Below are positions 12,741 to 26,469 of a DNA stretch of 64,000 nucleotides, one piece after another (position 1 is the stretch's first letter; every line of letters starts with the position of its first letter). The notes under the pieces were generated by a model that saw only the letters and a list, made by a program, of their open reading frames with translations, was not told the origin of the DNA and ran no database searches. The DNA lies in the NCBI GenBank assembly GCA_951804945.1, contig OX638159.1:6200001-6264000 (forward strand), written 5' to 3'. Made by a program: the position numbers and the translations under genes. This stretch comes from Podarcis cretensis (lineage: Eukaryota).

Positions 12741-14644
12741 CTTACAGGGTTTGGAGTGTGGCCCAAAAACTTACTCTTGGGAACAAGAGAGTGGTTGTCA
12801 GTTATCAGTCTGGACTGTGTTATGACCTCCAAAACAAAGCCCTTGCGCTGCCTTGGACTTGGGTGAGGAAGAGATATAGGCCGCTGCACTCCAGGGGGAC
12901 ATCTAGCACCTTCTTCTTTACTCTCCCAACCTGAGGATGTGACCCTTCCTCTGTCCTCTTACTTCAGGGATCAGTCCCCAGTAGTGTCTATATATCCCCA
13001 GCCTTACAGAAACCATCAGTTATAGAACTAAACAAGAGTCCTTTAGCAGAGCCAGATTCTGTGGGGAGGTGGGGCCAAGTGCAGAATAGCAGCCTTCATA
13101 AGACTCAGTTCTTTGCTGAGGCAACATTTCTTCATAACCTGTAAGAAGAAGAAAGCCACAGCCAGAAAGGTTCACTGGGAGCTTTTCTTGGTCCTGATAA
13201 GGCTTATCACTATCTTGTCCAATCAAGCCACGTGCCCCTGAATCTGACTCTACATGATTCAAATCTGCTCACTGAGACTTTACTTGACACGATCATACCA
13301 GAAAAGTTTTTATCTGGTATGACATTAATTAAACAAGCTTGTTACCACCTCCACTGAGAGCCTCAAGTCCCAGCAGAATAGAATAAATTGATACTAGAAT
13401 TACAAGTCCCAGAATCCCTGGCTGAAGTCCTTCTCTTTAGGGAAATAGTATGCATAACATCAGCTTCCTGCCCAGAAATTCTGGAACTGTTCATTCCAAC
13501 CTCTGGCAAGAACAGATACTCTGCCAGGGCCTGGGAGTGCTCACTGCTGTTTCCACCTTCTCCTGCCCCAGGGGAAAACAGCAGTTTACACAATCAAGGA
13601 GACTGTAGCCCTACTTGCCAAAAGCTTCAAGGCCAGGAATGTGTTCACAATCTTTTTTGTAAACACACATGGAGAACTGCTTGGTTATATAATCACCTTT
13701 GCATGAATGCTTGTGGCAGCCCAGAGTAGCTGGCTGAAGGTCACTTCATGGACGATAAAGGTGGTTTGTTCCAGAACTGTCCAACCAGGTCCCAAATAAT
13801 GTCACCATCACATCACATTGATGTTCCAGAGCATGATCTCTAGGTGAAATTCTCAATACCACCAGTGGAGATTCCAAACTGGTTTATGGCATATACCAAG
13901 ACTGCAAACTGACAACAGTTAGAAGAATAGCACTGTAGGTACAGAAATGTACTCACAAGAATATCTTATGTATATGTGGCATTGTTAGAAGAAAGAGCAA
14001 AGTGCAACATCATAAAATATGTAATGAATATTTGCGAAGTCTTTCATAAGAATTCAATGAGACTCAACAGTGATCTATGCCAGTTTGGGCAATTACCATC
14101 TACTTAGAGCTCGGCTGCACTTGCTCAAACTGCTATATTTCATGGATGTTCTGCCAACAGCATAACTTACAACAGATACACTTTTGACAACTCCAGTTGA
14201 AACATTTCAAACACAATTCTGGAAAGTGTAAATATGGAAAATTAGGTTGACTTTTTTGGTATGCCAAGAATACCCACGGTGCTTTATGGTGACCTGATTC
14301 AGCAGAAAGGCAAACAACAGGATGAAAGAATGTATTTATTGTGTCTCAAGCATACAGTGCAGGTCACTGCTGTTTTCTGTTTACATTGTAGTGGCCCTTA
14401 ACACTCCTAGAGCAGTTTATTCAGCTGTGTCTACAACACAAAATGATGTGCCGTATTTCCTCTTAAACCATATTTTAAACTTTCTGGGCCCAGTCACACT
14501 TTTCTATACATTCTAGGTAATCCAGGGGTGGCTGGCTGATTTTTCCTGTGGTTCAACCCCCTTAGGTAAAACACTGTATCTTTAAGACATCTAAGTAGCA
14601 AAGTCAGAACACAGGGCTCGGCATTCATATAGGAATTCACAATT

Positions 14645-15055
14645 TATAAAGTATTAAATCTCTCATAATACAGTACTAGAACCCATGGCCCAATGAAATG
14701 AAAGTGTGGGAGATGCAGGACAGACAAAAGGAAGAATTTATTCACACGGTGCAAAATGAAGCTATGGAATTCTCCACCACAAAATGTTGTGGTGGCCCTC
14801 AACTTAGATGGCTTTAAACTGGAATTAGATGCATTAATGGAAGATAAAGCTATCAATGTCTGCTACTCCTGATAGCTGAATACTTCCTACAGGATCAAAC
14901 ACAGCATACCTCTGAGTCCAGGAACACCAGTGGAAGAGGATCATTGCCCTTGTGCCCTGTCTGTGGGTTTCGCATAGGCATCCAGTTGGCCATGGACAGA
15001 AACAAGATGCTGGACGAGATGTGTATGATTCAGCAGGACTCTTCTTATGTTCTTA
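14645..15055 (+). mobile_element. old CR1 LINE 3' fragment
   Basis: aggacagacaaaaggaag..ttcacac..ctatggaattc..ttagatggctttaaa..gaattagat; ends tcttcttatgttctta. Confidence 0.7.
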
Positions 15056-15856
15056 AATTGGGCCCTAAACACCTTAGCTTTGATGTCCCATCCCAGAATC
15101 TACAACCAGCTAAGACTGAAGAGATTCTTCCTTGCATACAAGAGGCACACTGAATGTACAGAGAGGCCCTCTTGGTGGTTACTCTTCAGCTTTACCAAGG
15201 CCAGACATTCTTAAAGGCAATAGTCACTACAAGGCTCAATAGTGAGACTTCACTATGCATTTTAGTTGTATTTATTTGTGCCAATTCATACAACATAGCA
15301 TGGTGGTGTACAACATGGTGGTATTCAGCTAAGTTTCATTCAGAACAGACTCATAGAAATTAACGATCATGACTAAACTGGGTCCATTAATTTTAATAGG
15401 TCTACTCTGAGTAAAATTTAGTTGACTGCCACCCAATATATGCAATCAAATATAACGCCTGAACTGACTTCAAAAAAGGAGTTGTGAGGCTAAAATGCTT
15501 CTTTGAGTTACTTGACAGAAGAGCTGAATACAAATATAGCCAACAGAGATTAAAGACACTTCACTGAGCACCATGAAAAGGAGCAAAGTATAAATGAAAG
15601 CAGGGTGAATCAGTCATAATATGTGAAAGCAGCCTTTCAGGGAAGAAAGTGAACCCTGACATATCTTTTAGGGTTACTGAACTTCAGCTAGGATTTGTTT
15701 CTCTCTTTTGCTGTTTGATGAATATGACACAGTTGTAACACTTAAAACATTTAAGGTGTGCAAAATGTACCTCAGTGATTAGGAACAGAATAGCAGGAAC
15801 ATTTGCTCTAGCATATGACATTCACAGCTCGTAGGTCCAAACCAGGGTCTGGTTCA

Positions 15857-16234
15857 CGCATAATGCTAAACCAGGGTTAACATTAACTACAATTAATCAT
15901 AGTTAAAGAAGATGTGTTTGGCAGACGATCACTTAAACCTTGGTTTGTGATATTACAGAATAGTTAAAACAACTAGCAAGTGACTGAGTCTTGATCGTGG
16001 CTCGACTTTTCAGCCACTCTTCTTTCACATGTCTAGAGCTTTTGGACGGTGGCAGCTCCTTAACCATAGTTAAAGAGAAGGTCCAGGTGCACCTGTAATG
16101 CTGAACTATGGTTAACATTAAATAAAGTTTTTTAAAATGGCTGTGAACCTTGGTTAATGAGCAACCTTTAGCCATAGTTAATAAACACTAAGCCACAGTT
16201 TAATAAACCATGGTTTAGCATTATGCAGGCCCAG
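15857..16234. mobile_element. palindromic MITE-like element with repeated aaccatggtt-type motifs (PIF/Harbinger-like, tentative)
   Basis: Inverted ends tctggttcacgcataatgctaaacca / tggtttagcattatgcaggcccaga; many internal AACCATAGTT variants. Confidence 0.6.
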
Positions 16235-17647
16235 ATATGACATGGCAGGCTGGTGCATTTTATTCTTGTATCTGCTCCAGGAGTAGCCAACATGGTGTCC
16301 CTCCAGGTGTTGTTGAACACCATTTGCCCCAGTCAACATGGCCAGGGCTGACGTGGGCTGTAATCCAGCAAGATCTGGAAGGCACCGCAATGGTTACCCC
16401 TTGTCTACTTCATCAAGAGCTTGACAAGAACAATCAATTGTACTCCTACTGACCTTACAGCACTCATTGCTTTTAGCAAATTTACCTCTACCCAGCTTTT
16501 CCAGTCTCAGAAACAGGTGAGAGTGTGGAATTCCCAAAGCAATGGAGGAGAGCAAGGTAAGCTCAAAGGGCAAGAGGAGGCATTTTAACTCTCCTCCCTG
16601 CATGCTCCTTTTCTGGGGTGGGTAAAGAATATATGTCCTTCCCTGATTTGTGTGCGGATGGAACAGATAAAGTGCACAAAGTACATGTAGGTGTCCTATC
16701 CCATATTGTCTGGCCATGAGGAAAAACCTTTTTTTGGATCTACCATAGTTCCAAGGTCACTGGCCAAGGTGTGACACAAATAAACACAGCCCAGAACACT
16801 TTGTATAGGCGGGGATGTGACATTTTCACCCAATACACTCAGAGGTAAGAGAATGGCTATAAGATTATATTTCCATTGATGAAGGGTCCCAGGCTACGAG
16901 TAGAAGAAAAGCACTCCATGCAGATCCATGCCCATGCCTTCTACAGTTGGATTAGATTGTTTGGATGTGGTCATAGGAGGCAAAGCACTGCGTCATACAT
17001 AGCACCCTGTTTCCACAGTCGGAAGCGTCTCTAGATCATTGCCTGAGTGTTTATGGCATAAGAAAAAGAATCTCTGTAGGAAGAGTGAAAGGTTCGCTCT
17101 CTTTCTCTCTCGCTGTGGGACACCCAGAGAAAGCTCCTATCTTTAATTTCTGCTTCCTTTCATTTTGGTTTTGATAACATGGGTTTCTTCAGACTAGTGT
17201 AGCAGTAAGCTCCCCACCCCCACCCCCACCCCAAGGAGCTGGAGACACAGTCAATAACTGGCATGTTTTATTTTTGATTGAATGTCTTGCTTGAGGCATC
17301 TTTTCAAGGCTTTGCACCAAAAACGTGGGAAATTGCTATGGATCAAGCTCAGGACTTTAAAGTGGCAGCACAGTGTGAAACACTTGCTATAAATACAGAC
17401 TGTAGCACACTGCAGAAATAAAATAGTGGGTCACTATTTTCTTCACAGGAGAGGGAGGTGGACGCATGCCCTTTCTAACATTCAAATATTCACAATGCAA
17501 AGAAAGGGCCCCAAATCCCCATCGCAATAATGCACCTGTGACAACCAATGCAAGCCATGGCCACAAAGGCCAAATGGGTTCACGCCCTCTTTGCAAAGCC
17601 TTACTTTGCTGTTTAGCTGGGAACTCGCTTAAACCTTCCCCTATAAC

Positions 17648-17806
17648 CAGTGGCGTAGCGTGGGGGGTGCAGGGGGGGCCGGCCGCACCGGGCGCAAGAT
17701 CTGGAGGTTAGGGGTAGGTGTAGGGTTAGGGGGCGCAAATCCACGGGTTAGGGGGCGCAAATTACTTGCCTTGCCCCGGGTGCTGACAACCCACGCTACG
17801 CCACTG
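17648..17806. mobile_element. young hAT-type MITE
   Basis: Perfect 17-bp TIRs CAGTGGCGTAGCGTGGG/CCCACGCTACGCCACTG; perfect 8-bp TSD cctataac (17640-17647, 17807-17814). Confidence 0.92.
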
Positions 17807-18121
17807 CCTATAACCTCTTACCCTTTGCTCATCCACAGGTGTCTGTATGGGTGTGTATACATGTACACGCATGCAGTTTGTAGAAGTTAAAACTTGTGTT
17901 TTTTCACAATCCTAGAATGTGGATTTTAGTATTAATCCATTTCCATTTCTTCTCCTCAGCATATTGCTTCAAGTATTTTGGGATACAGCCACGCAACTGC
18001 ACAAAGCATTCAAAGGGGTAAAATGCATTAAAAGATGGAGGCCTGGAAGTAATTCAGAGAGAAAGGAAAGGTGGGCATGTTTTTGTTTTTATCCTTTTTT
18101 TGGGTTCTATATGCTTACAGC

Positions 18122-18498
18122 GGGATGCGGGTGGCGCTGTGGGTTAAACCACTGTGCCGCTTGGGCTTGCCAATCGAAAGGTCAGTGGTTTGAATCCCTG
18201 CGACGGGGTGAGCTCCCATTGCTCAGTCCCTGCTCCTGCCAACCTAGTAGTTCGAAAGCACACAGAGCAAGTAGATAAATAGATACCCCTCCGGCGGGAA
18301 GGTAAACGGCGTTTCTGTGTGCTGCTCTGGTTTCACCAGAAACGGCTTAGTCATGCTGGCCACATGACCTGGAACAAACTGTCTGCGGAAGCAGACAAAT
18401 GCTGGCTCCCTTGGCCTTTAAAGCAAGATGAGTGCCCCAACCCCAGAGTCGTTTGTGACTGGACTTAATTGTCACGGGCCCCTTTACACCTTTTTACA
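18122..18498 (+). mobile_element. Sauria SINE, older subfamily
   Basis: gggatgcgggtggcgctgtgg head, ccccagagtc..gact..cctttacacctttt tail; TSD cttacagc. Confidence 0.88.
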
Positions 18499-19716
18499 CT
18501 TACAGCATTTCTCTCTCTCTCTCTTTTTGGTGGGAATGTTTTCTATGAGCTGCTATCCGACGGGAGAAGGGAAAGATGCAGTAACCAGCAAGAGAAAATG
18601 GAAATTCCCCAGTGAAGATTTTGATCCCAAGTGGAGAACTTGGGGGCCATAAAAGCTTGGCTCTTGTTCAGGGCAGGCTTTTAGACTTCAAGTCTCAGAG
18701 CAGAGATAAGGAACCTCAGGTCCAAGAATGCAGCCCTGTGGGCATCGCTATCTGGTCCACAGGACTCTGCCCTGGCCACTGATTCCGATCTAATGATTTC
18801 ATCTGGCTGCAGTGCCTCCAACTGTGATAATACTCTTGCTTCCCTGAGGAAGGAAGAGGTGTCTGGCCTCACCCACCACTGGGATGCAGCCCCACAAAAG
18901 GTGGTCTGGGGTACCCCAGCCTTGACATAGAGCTTCCAAAGTCAGTTTCTGAGTCTGGTTCAGGAGAATTTTGCCAGCATCTCTCAAAGTCACTATGCCG
19001 AAGTGTCCATACTCAGCCAAACATCATGGCTGTAGCAGGTAGCAGCTTACAGTAAGCTGCCTTCAGTTCCTTGGCTATTTATAAAAACAGCACTAAGGAG
19101 CAAATGGTACTATTCCAGAGGAGAGACAACTTCAAACGTTTGTCAGTGTGTTAAAAGCTACAGTAATAGTGGATTTGAGGAAGGCCTAGATAATGCATTT
19201 GTTTTCTTGAAGCAGCAATGTTGTTCTCTCATTACAGTGTATGGTTTCATGTGAGGGGAAGAAATGATATTCTGTTCTATAGATTGCTCACCCCCACCAG
19301 TGGAATAATCTGAAAAGCTAGAAGAAACAGAGACATCTGGTTTCCTCATCTGGAAACCCACAGAGATAGAGCAAGCATTCAAAAACGGCGTACAGAACAC
19401 AAAAACATCCTGACCACGTGTTTTGTAAAGTCAAACAGAGAAGGGCCTATTGACAGTGAACACTGACCATGCTCAGCAGTCATAGCCATAACAACCATCT
19501 CCTCATAATTAGCCATTTGGGGAGAATTTCTTGGGGGGAAAGCCAAGGGAATGTTCACATTTCCATTCTGAAATGGAAATGAGAAATCTGACACATTTCT
19601 AGGGAGGGAAATATGATTAATCCTACTAGGGTGGCTAATATCACATATTTGAATTTTGACTCATGGTTGTTAATTGGCCCACATGGTAACTATCATAGCA
19701 GCCTAGAAGTAGTCCT

Positions 19717-20186
19717 TTTATGTTATTTATATTTTATTGAAGTGATGTCAACTAAAAGAAATAAAGCAATACAGAAAAAAGAAGGAAAAGTAAGGAAGAA
19801 AAAAGAACAACAAAGATAAATATAAAAAATATGCAAAAATGCAATATATGATATTCCCATACAATCATATATAAATTGGTATGGTGTTATTATCCTAATA
19901 CTTATGTAAATGTTAATAGCCTTTTGTATTAAGTCCTTCCCAATATTATCGTATTTATCCATACAGAGTCTGCACCTGTAAGCAGTCCGTTCATAGGTTG
20001 CGAGTGACGTCTTATCGCCAATTCATTGATTAAAGGGTATCATAGCTTTATTTTTCCAGTTCATCAATATCAGTCTCTTGGCCACCATTAGGGCACGTAA
20101 AATCCATTTTCGATGACCCCTTGATCATTTCCATACTGCAGGTATATAGTTTAATAGAATATTCTGTGCTGAAAAAAATTAAAACT
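19717..20186 (-). mobile_element. old 5'-truncated L1 (different family from 1-1655)
   Basis: Minus strand reads ..ALMVAKRLILMNWKNK..LATYERTAY..MDKYDNI (degenerate L1 ORF2 C-terminus); A-rich tail; 17-bp TSD with 2 mismatches (19700-19716, 20187-20203). Confidence 0.75.
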
Positions 20187-22975
20187 AGCCTAGTAGTATT
20201 CCTGTAATATACAGTAGTGACTCAGTCATTTCCAGATCAAGTGGTATCTACCCTGCATCAATTCAAAAGATTATGATTTACAGACAAAGTATTATATGCA
20301 GCATGATGCATAGTCTGAGTGGACCCATTGAAATAAACAAAAATGACTAACTCGAATCCATTAATTTCAGTGGGTCTATTCTGAGCAGAACTTCTAAGGC
20401 TCAAACATATGCTAGATTTTTCCATGATTTGTTTAAAACACACACACACAGAGCCTGGGTGGGGTGGAAGTCTTGTGTGGAAGAACAGCATAGCTGTTTT
20501 ATTTCCATAGCAAATGTGAAAAAGCTATTTGGGGAGGGGATTATTTTCAGCTGGAAAAAGACCAGAGGAAAAGGGTTAAGTAGACTCCTTCCACAAGCTC
20601 TTGCTCCACAGATTCTCAGCCCATTAGAGACAGCCAGGGCTGTAACCTGCACCATGAAAGCGGGAAAAGGTGAGTAAACAAACTAACAAAGCCTTCTCCA
20701 CCCTTCTTTGGTCTTTCCTGCAGCCACCATGTGGCTATCAAAGCAGCCCTTTCTGGGTTTTGCTTTCTGATCCAGCTCACTCTTTTTACTGGAGTCCTGT
20801 AGAAGAGCAGTTAGACTCAGGGGCTTCATGTAATGCAAAGCAAAAACATACCCAGTTTTTTGAAAGGCCCTAAATTATTGTGAATATATTTCTAAGAAAG
20901 GGGTGATCTCATTGTAAAACAGTTGTAACAGTTGACCTTAAGTGCAAATGACAATAACACAGAGAAGCACATCTATCTAAAGCTAGTCTACACAGCTTCC
21001 CCACCCAAGCAAATATTTACCAATAAAGCAGTTTCCAGACCTTTTGGTTTAGCTTTTGTATTCCGGGACCACTGCAGCTCTCTCCATCATGGCTTCTCTT
21101 CTGATTTCCGCTCATTCTTCATTCCTTAAGAGCAAAAACTTCAATTCTAACCAACTCTATTGCCCAGCTTTACTTATATAATTATTTCTATCTCTGCTCC
21201 CCAACTCTTGGCCACCCAGAAGGACAATACAGCTATGTCTGGGTTCACTCTTTCCCATAATTTCTTTGTTTCTCTCCCTCAACCCATATTGTGTTTTAAG
21301 GTTCATTTGCCCCATTAGGTGTCAGTTTCCTAGGTTGAACATTTAACCCTGCTCAGAAGAGCCTTTAAGACAGAAAGCTACCATTTTACATCTTCAAAGC
21401 AAAACACAAAATAGCTGGAACAGTTTCATTCCTTCACACTATCTGCACAGCTTTGGGTTAATGGTAAACAGACAACAAACCTGTTTTTTACACTGCAATC
21501 CTGCACCCACTTTCAGGAAATAAAACCCACTGAAACTAAATGGGACTTACTGCCAAGTAGAAATGTATAAAATTCCCCTGTGAAACTACCCCTGGTTCAA
21601 TTGCTTGGAAGTCAGAGGTATTGAATGTAGGAACAATTGGGCTTCCAAGACTGTGTCCTGCTGGCCTCCTAGACACAGACACACATGCTGGCCAAGCCCT
21701 CCCAGGCCATGTATGATCATCAGCTGTCTGAAGGGAGCCTGTACACACAAACCCAACCCTTCAGACTCACACCAATCATATGTCAGCATCTAGGAGGTAG
21801 GTGTGGGGCATTTTTGAAAGCCAAGTCATGTGTCCAATACCCTTGGGTACCAAACCACTGAACAGAGAGGGCTTCTGTTAATCTTTGCTTTGGAATTTCT
21901 GTTTTAAAGCAGTTGATGCTTCTATGCGGATGTCCTTCTCTGCTCAGTAGCTCTACAAATATTATTGAAGATATACCCATTTCAACTATTCTCTTCCCTT
22001 CCCACAGTCACATGCGCCATTAATCTGCGTGATGTACCATTGTTATAGGACAAATAAGTTAGTGATTAGTTATGTCCCATGTGAAATTGTGACAGCACAC
22101 TGATAACAGTTCTCTCTCTGAAAAGTAAGATTTCCAATAGACTGAGGTGATTTTGGAATCGCTCAGTTCCATGGCGCACACCATTTTAAATGAGTCTTGT
22201 AACCCTCCCATTTAGGCATTTGATGCTGTGCTAAGGCAGTCTACTTATCAGAACACTGGTTTGTGCATGGTTCTTGGCAAAAAAATGTGGGTTGCTTTTA
22301 CTAGTTTATTTTCACTTCTTTGTTAAGATGGTCTTGTGTTCACTATGTCCACCTGAAAATGTTGACCCCTTATTCAGAGATGATGCAGTATACTTCATAA
22401 CTCACCTAAGTTAAGATGGTTATAGACTAAATGCCAGAGACCAATATACAGTTTAACCACACTACTTTTGTGTCTAGTGGGGAACTGCTGAGATAAGCAT
22501 TCATTCTCCCCATCTTTGCTTTCTATGTAAAAAATAGAAAAGAAACCAACCCAAAATTGGCTCTTTGAATTCAGTTCTGGTTCTTCTCATTCTGTTGATC
22601 AGCCAATATCATCCTGATCATTCAGAAAGAGATGCTTTCACTTCATCATGCAGTACAGATCATGACAGGAAAAGAAGAACAGAGAAGGGACAGCAATCTC
22701 TTGGCTATGATGATGCCAAGCTGTTTACAAACTTTTTATAAAAAATGTAATAAAAGCACAAGGATACATCCGACTATCCTTTCAAGAAGTTTTATGCTCA
22801 AGTCCCCAAACAACTGTTCTCTGCCATTTCCAAGATGTGAGGCAGTCTCTATCTCTAACACTTAAAAGCTTTCCAAAGGAGGGTGGCTACCAGCCTAGCT
22901 AATAATTTGTACCTTCCTGCAACTGCACATAATACAGCCTTTATTCAGTAAATAGCAAAGCCGTTTCACACCAAG

Positions 22976-23259
22976 NNNNNNNNNNNNNNNNNNNNNNNNN
23001 NNNNNNNNNNNNNNNNNNNNNNNNNNNNNNNNNNNNNNNNNNNNNNNNNNNNNNNNNNNNNNNNNNNNNNNNNNNNNNNNNNNNNNNNNNNNNNNNNNNN
23101 NNNNNNNNNNNNNNNNNNNNNNNNNNNNNNNNNNNNNNNNNNNNNNNNNNNNNNNNNNNNNNNNNNNNNNNNNNNNNNNNNNNNNNNNNNNNNNNNNNNN
23201 NNNNNNNNNNNNNNNNNNNNNNNNNNNNNNNNNNNNNNNNNNNNNNNNNNNNNNNNNNN
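22976..23259. other. assembly gap (284 N)
   Basis: run of N. Confidence 1.
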
Positions 23260-24488
23260 CAAGCTGCTATCTGAATTTCATATTCTTCTTCCATCTGAAT
23301 TTGCCATCGCCACATATCACCCCCCGTTACAAAATAGATTGTATACGATTAGTGGTTTAACTGCCTTTCAAATAGCTTTCTAGACATCGTTCAGATTCAA
23401 AACAGGAAAATGCAGAGACTTGCATCTGGATATCACAGTCATGTTTTCCTTTCGAATCTGTTTTCAGAGGAGGCAGCCCATGTCATCCCCGAGGATTTGC
23501 AACCATAGAAGAAATTAATTTTCCTGAAGTTTAATGGGAAATGCCATAATTCTAAAAGACTCACTGCGCAAACACATACCCATTAAATAAGTCTGGGTAT
23601 GCATGATTGTGGGAGAGCACAGTACGCAGTTAACTTTCTGAGTACTCATTTTATTTCATTTTTTCGTGGGAAATTCAAAAAAACTATTTTGGAAAGCAAC
23701 ACAACATGGTTGCCATAGGGCTGTGGCTGGTCACAAAATGGCTGTTGGGGGCAAGTTAGTCACAAGCAACAAAAATAGAGCAGAATACAAAAAAGGGACA
23801 CCTATGATTCCAAAGCTTTTTGCTGCAGAGTTCTGTGTACCCATTTCAAAGAAGGTAAAATGTGCCCCAGATAATGTACAAATGAACCCTGGAAGACAAG
23901 AACATTCATATACAGTCACATTTCTGATGAACAGAACACCCAGAAGGCAAGTGAATTAATTTCCCTAAATCAACTTTAGATGAGCTTGCTACCCCCATCT
24001 CCCTCTCTCTTTCATGACTCTCTTGCATACACTGCAACTGTGTATTCACCAGCAAGCACCATTCTGCCCCCCTTTCTCTCCCACAACCGTCTCCCTCTCA
24101 TTGTTCTATCTGCTCTCTCCCCATGGTCCTGCCTTCCTCTTTTCTTGCTTTGCACCTCTTGTGTTCTCCGTGCCTGCCTGCCCACCTGCCCATCCACCCT
24201 GTTTTCTGCCTTTCCTCATTTCACATTCCCTATTTCCCCCCACCCTTCAAGCCAAACACACCCAAACTGAGCTCAACCATTGCCTGCCCCTTCCAACCAG
24301 CCCATAGGCCTGCTGCCACCCAGCTGGAAAGGAAGTGGCTGGCTGTGCCAAGGGCCTAAAAAGGAACTGCAAGCAGCCAGAGGAGAAGTATGGGGAGGTC
24401 ATTTAAATACTGCTACAAGTGTGAGCAAATCACTTGGCAGGTACCATGGTGGCCCTATGGGGGCACATTGGCAACTCCACCTATTCAC

Positions 24489-24666
24489 CAGAGCTTTCCA
24501 AACTGTGTGTCGTGACACGTTAGTGTGTCAGTTGCAGTGTAGTGTGTCCCAGGGTTGGAAAGGGGATAGTTTAATCTCTGGTTTACTAGTAAAACTGATT
24601 TACTGTGTCGAGAAATGATGCAGGTTTAACAGTGTGTCACCAACGTGAAAAGTTTGGAAAGCTCTG
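24489..24666. mobile_element. hAT-like MITE
   Basis: Perfect 16-bp TIRs CAGAGCTTTCCAAACT/AGTTTGGAAAGCTCTG; internal gtgtgtc repeats; no clear TSD. Confidence 0.75.
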
Positions 24667-25361
24667 GACTAAACTGTGACTAAGGAATAAAGACCCTAAA
24701 TTCAAGGTAAGAAACTGAAGTCAGTTATGAGGTCCTTTGTGTCCATGTATGCTAAGGAAACAATGGGAAGTTGTCCTTGACTTCCTTCTCTCTCCAGGGG
24801 GCCCACCCTGGCAATGACAAAATAAAGAGAATGCATCACCAAACTGTTCTTATGGGGTGAATTACTGGGCAATTCATGACAGGAATTTAAAATAGCAACT
24901 CTATGCACCTTTTAAATATGAGAAAACCTTTAACTCTAAAGTTAGCTTCCCTCCCCACCCCACAAAAACGAAACAAGTATGGTAAAAGTTAATAGAACTA
25001 TGAAGATCCCTCTCCATCATCTTCAAACAAGGGCAAACAAGGTAAAATGAGAATTTCCAATGAAGTAAAATGTTTCCCAGTGGGGGAGAAAATATAAAAA
25101 CATGCCATAAATTCAATCTTAAAGAGCTTAATTACTTCACTAATGAAAAATGTAAAGTTACCATGAAAGTGTCAAAACAGCCTTTCATTCCAATTCTTGG
25201 ATTTAAAACCACACGGCACTTAATATACAGTTTCATATTTAGTATTTTTAATGAAGTGCTGCTCTTTCAAAGGATGGAAGAAAGTTAGTTACTTGCACTC
25301 AAACACCAATAAGACGTAATATGTAATTACCATTCTCAATGTAACTGTTCACACACAACAT

Positions 25362-25364
<3 letters not shown>

Positions 25365-25396
<32 letters not shown>
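25365..25396. repeat. (GA)n microsatellite
   Basis: ~16 GA units. Confidence 0.95.
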
Positions 25397-25399
<3 letters not shown>

Positions 25400-26239
25400 C
25401 GCACAGCTGCAGCAGGAATACAGCTTCTAAAAATCCTGACTTGGAAAATGATTTGAATTGAAATGATCGTGGAGAATGGAAATGCACTCCTGGGCCCATT
25501 TTCAATTAGATCCACCTGCAGTTTAAAATCTTTGAATCAGCAGGTTCTGGCACTTGCTATCCAGTAACTAGATATATGTATACTGCATCAATGTAATCTT
25601 CATTGTTGTGGTTTCTAAGAAGAATCCTTTGAAGGAAAGACTACAGAGCAGGACACATGACCACCCTCCCATGTTCACCCAACATTTCAGGGAGCTACAG
25701 AGCCATGCCACCTCCTCAATTTCACACGCCAGAAGTCCATTTGTCCTTTGTGTATTCTGGTCTGTTTGTGCGGGTTGGGAGGAGCTGGCCGCATGGATCC
25801 AAGGGGTGATTAATGCATCCTTGTGAGAGGAAACAGTTCCCATGGTCTTGAAAGTGGTCCTAGTGTGTCCACTCCTGCAAAAAACTAAACCCTTTCCCTG
25901 GACCCTGAGACACTTGACAACTACTTCAGTGTCACCAATAGTCCACTGGGGGGAGGGATAAGGTGCTGCTCAGATGTGCTTTTGGAGGAAGCTTGCTATC
26001 TTCAATCTGGATTCAGGACTGGTATTGACACAAAATTGTGGCCTTTTTTTTCCCTGAGGAATGATCGTCTCTGGGAAGAGAGATGTGGACCACAACCTTG
26101 ATTCTCCTATGAGGTCTCTCAGCAGCTTTTGGTCCTGGCCAGTCTGTGAATTGGGGGCTGGATGTGTTGTTCTGTGGTAGTTCAGCTTCTTGTTGCATCA
26201 CTGCTGTCATCTGGGTAATGTGTCTCTACACCATGGCCC

Positions 26240-26445
26240 TATTGTACACCCAGTGCTGTTTCACATCTATATGAAGCCGCTGGGAGCAGCCATCAGGAAC
26301 CTTGGGGCGCAGTGTCATTAGTACGCTGATGATACCCAGCTCTGTTCCTCCATCAAATTTGAGTCAGGAAAGCTGAACCAAGCTGAACCAGTGCCTAGAC
26401 GCAGTAGTGGGCTGGATGAGGACCAACAGACTGAAACTGGGCAAA
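26240..26445 (+). mobile_element. L2-like LINE reverse-transcriptase fragment (degenerate)
   Basis: Translates FHIYMKPLGAAIRNLGAQCH*YADDTQL (YADD motif). Confidence 0.8.
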
Positions 26446-26469
26446 GTACAGGGTTATAATTGGTAGCAG

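Noticed and set aside
23980-24620. Cluster of overlapping short ORFs in a pyrimidine-rich stretch
   Set aside because: Low-complexity composition depleted of stop codons; no splice or homology support
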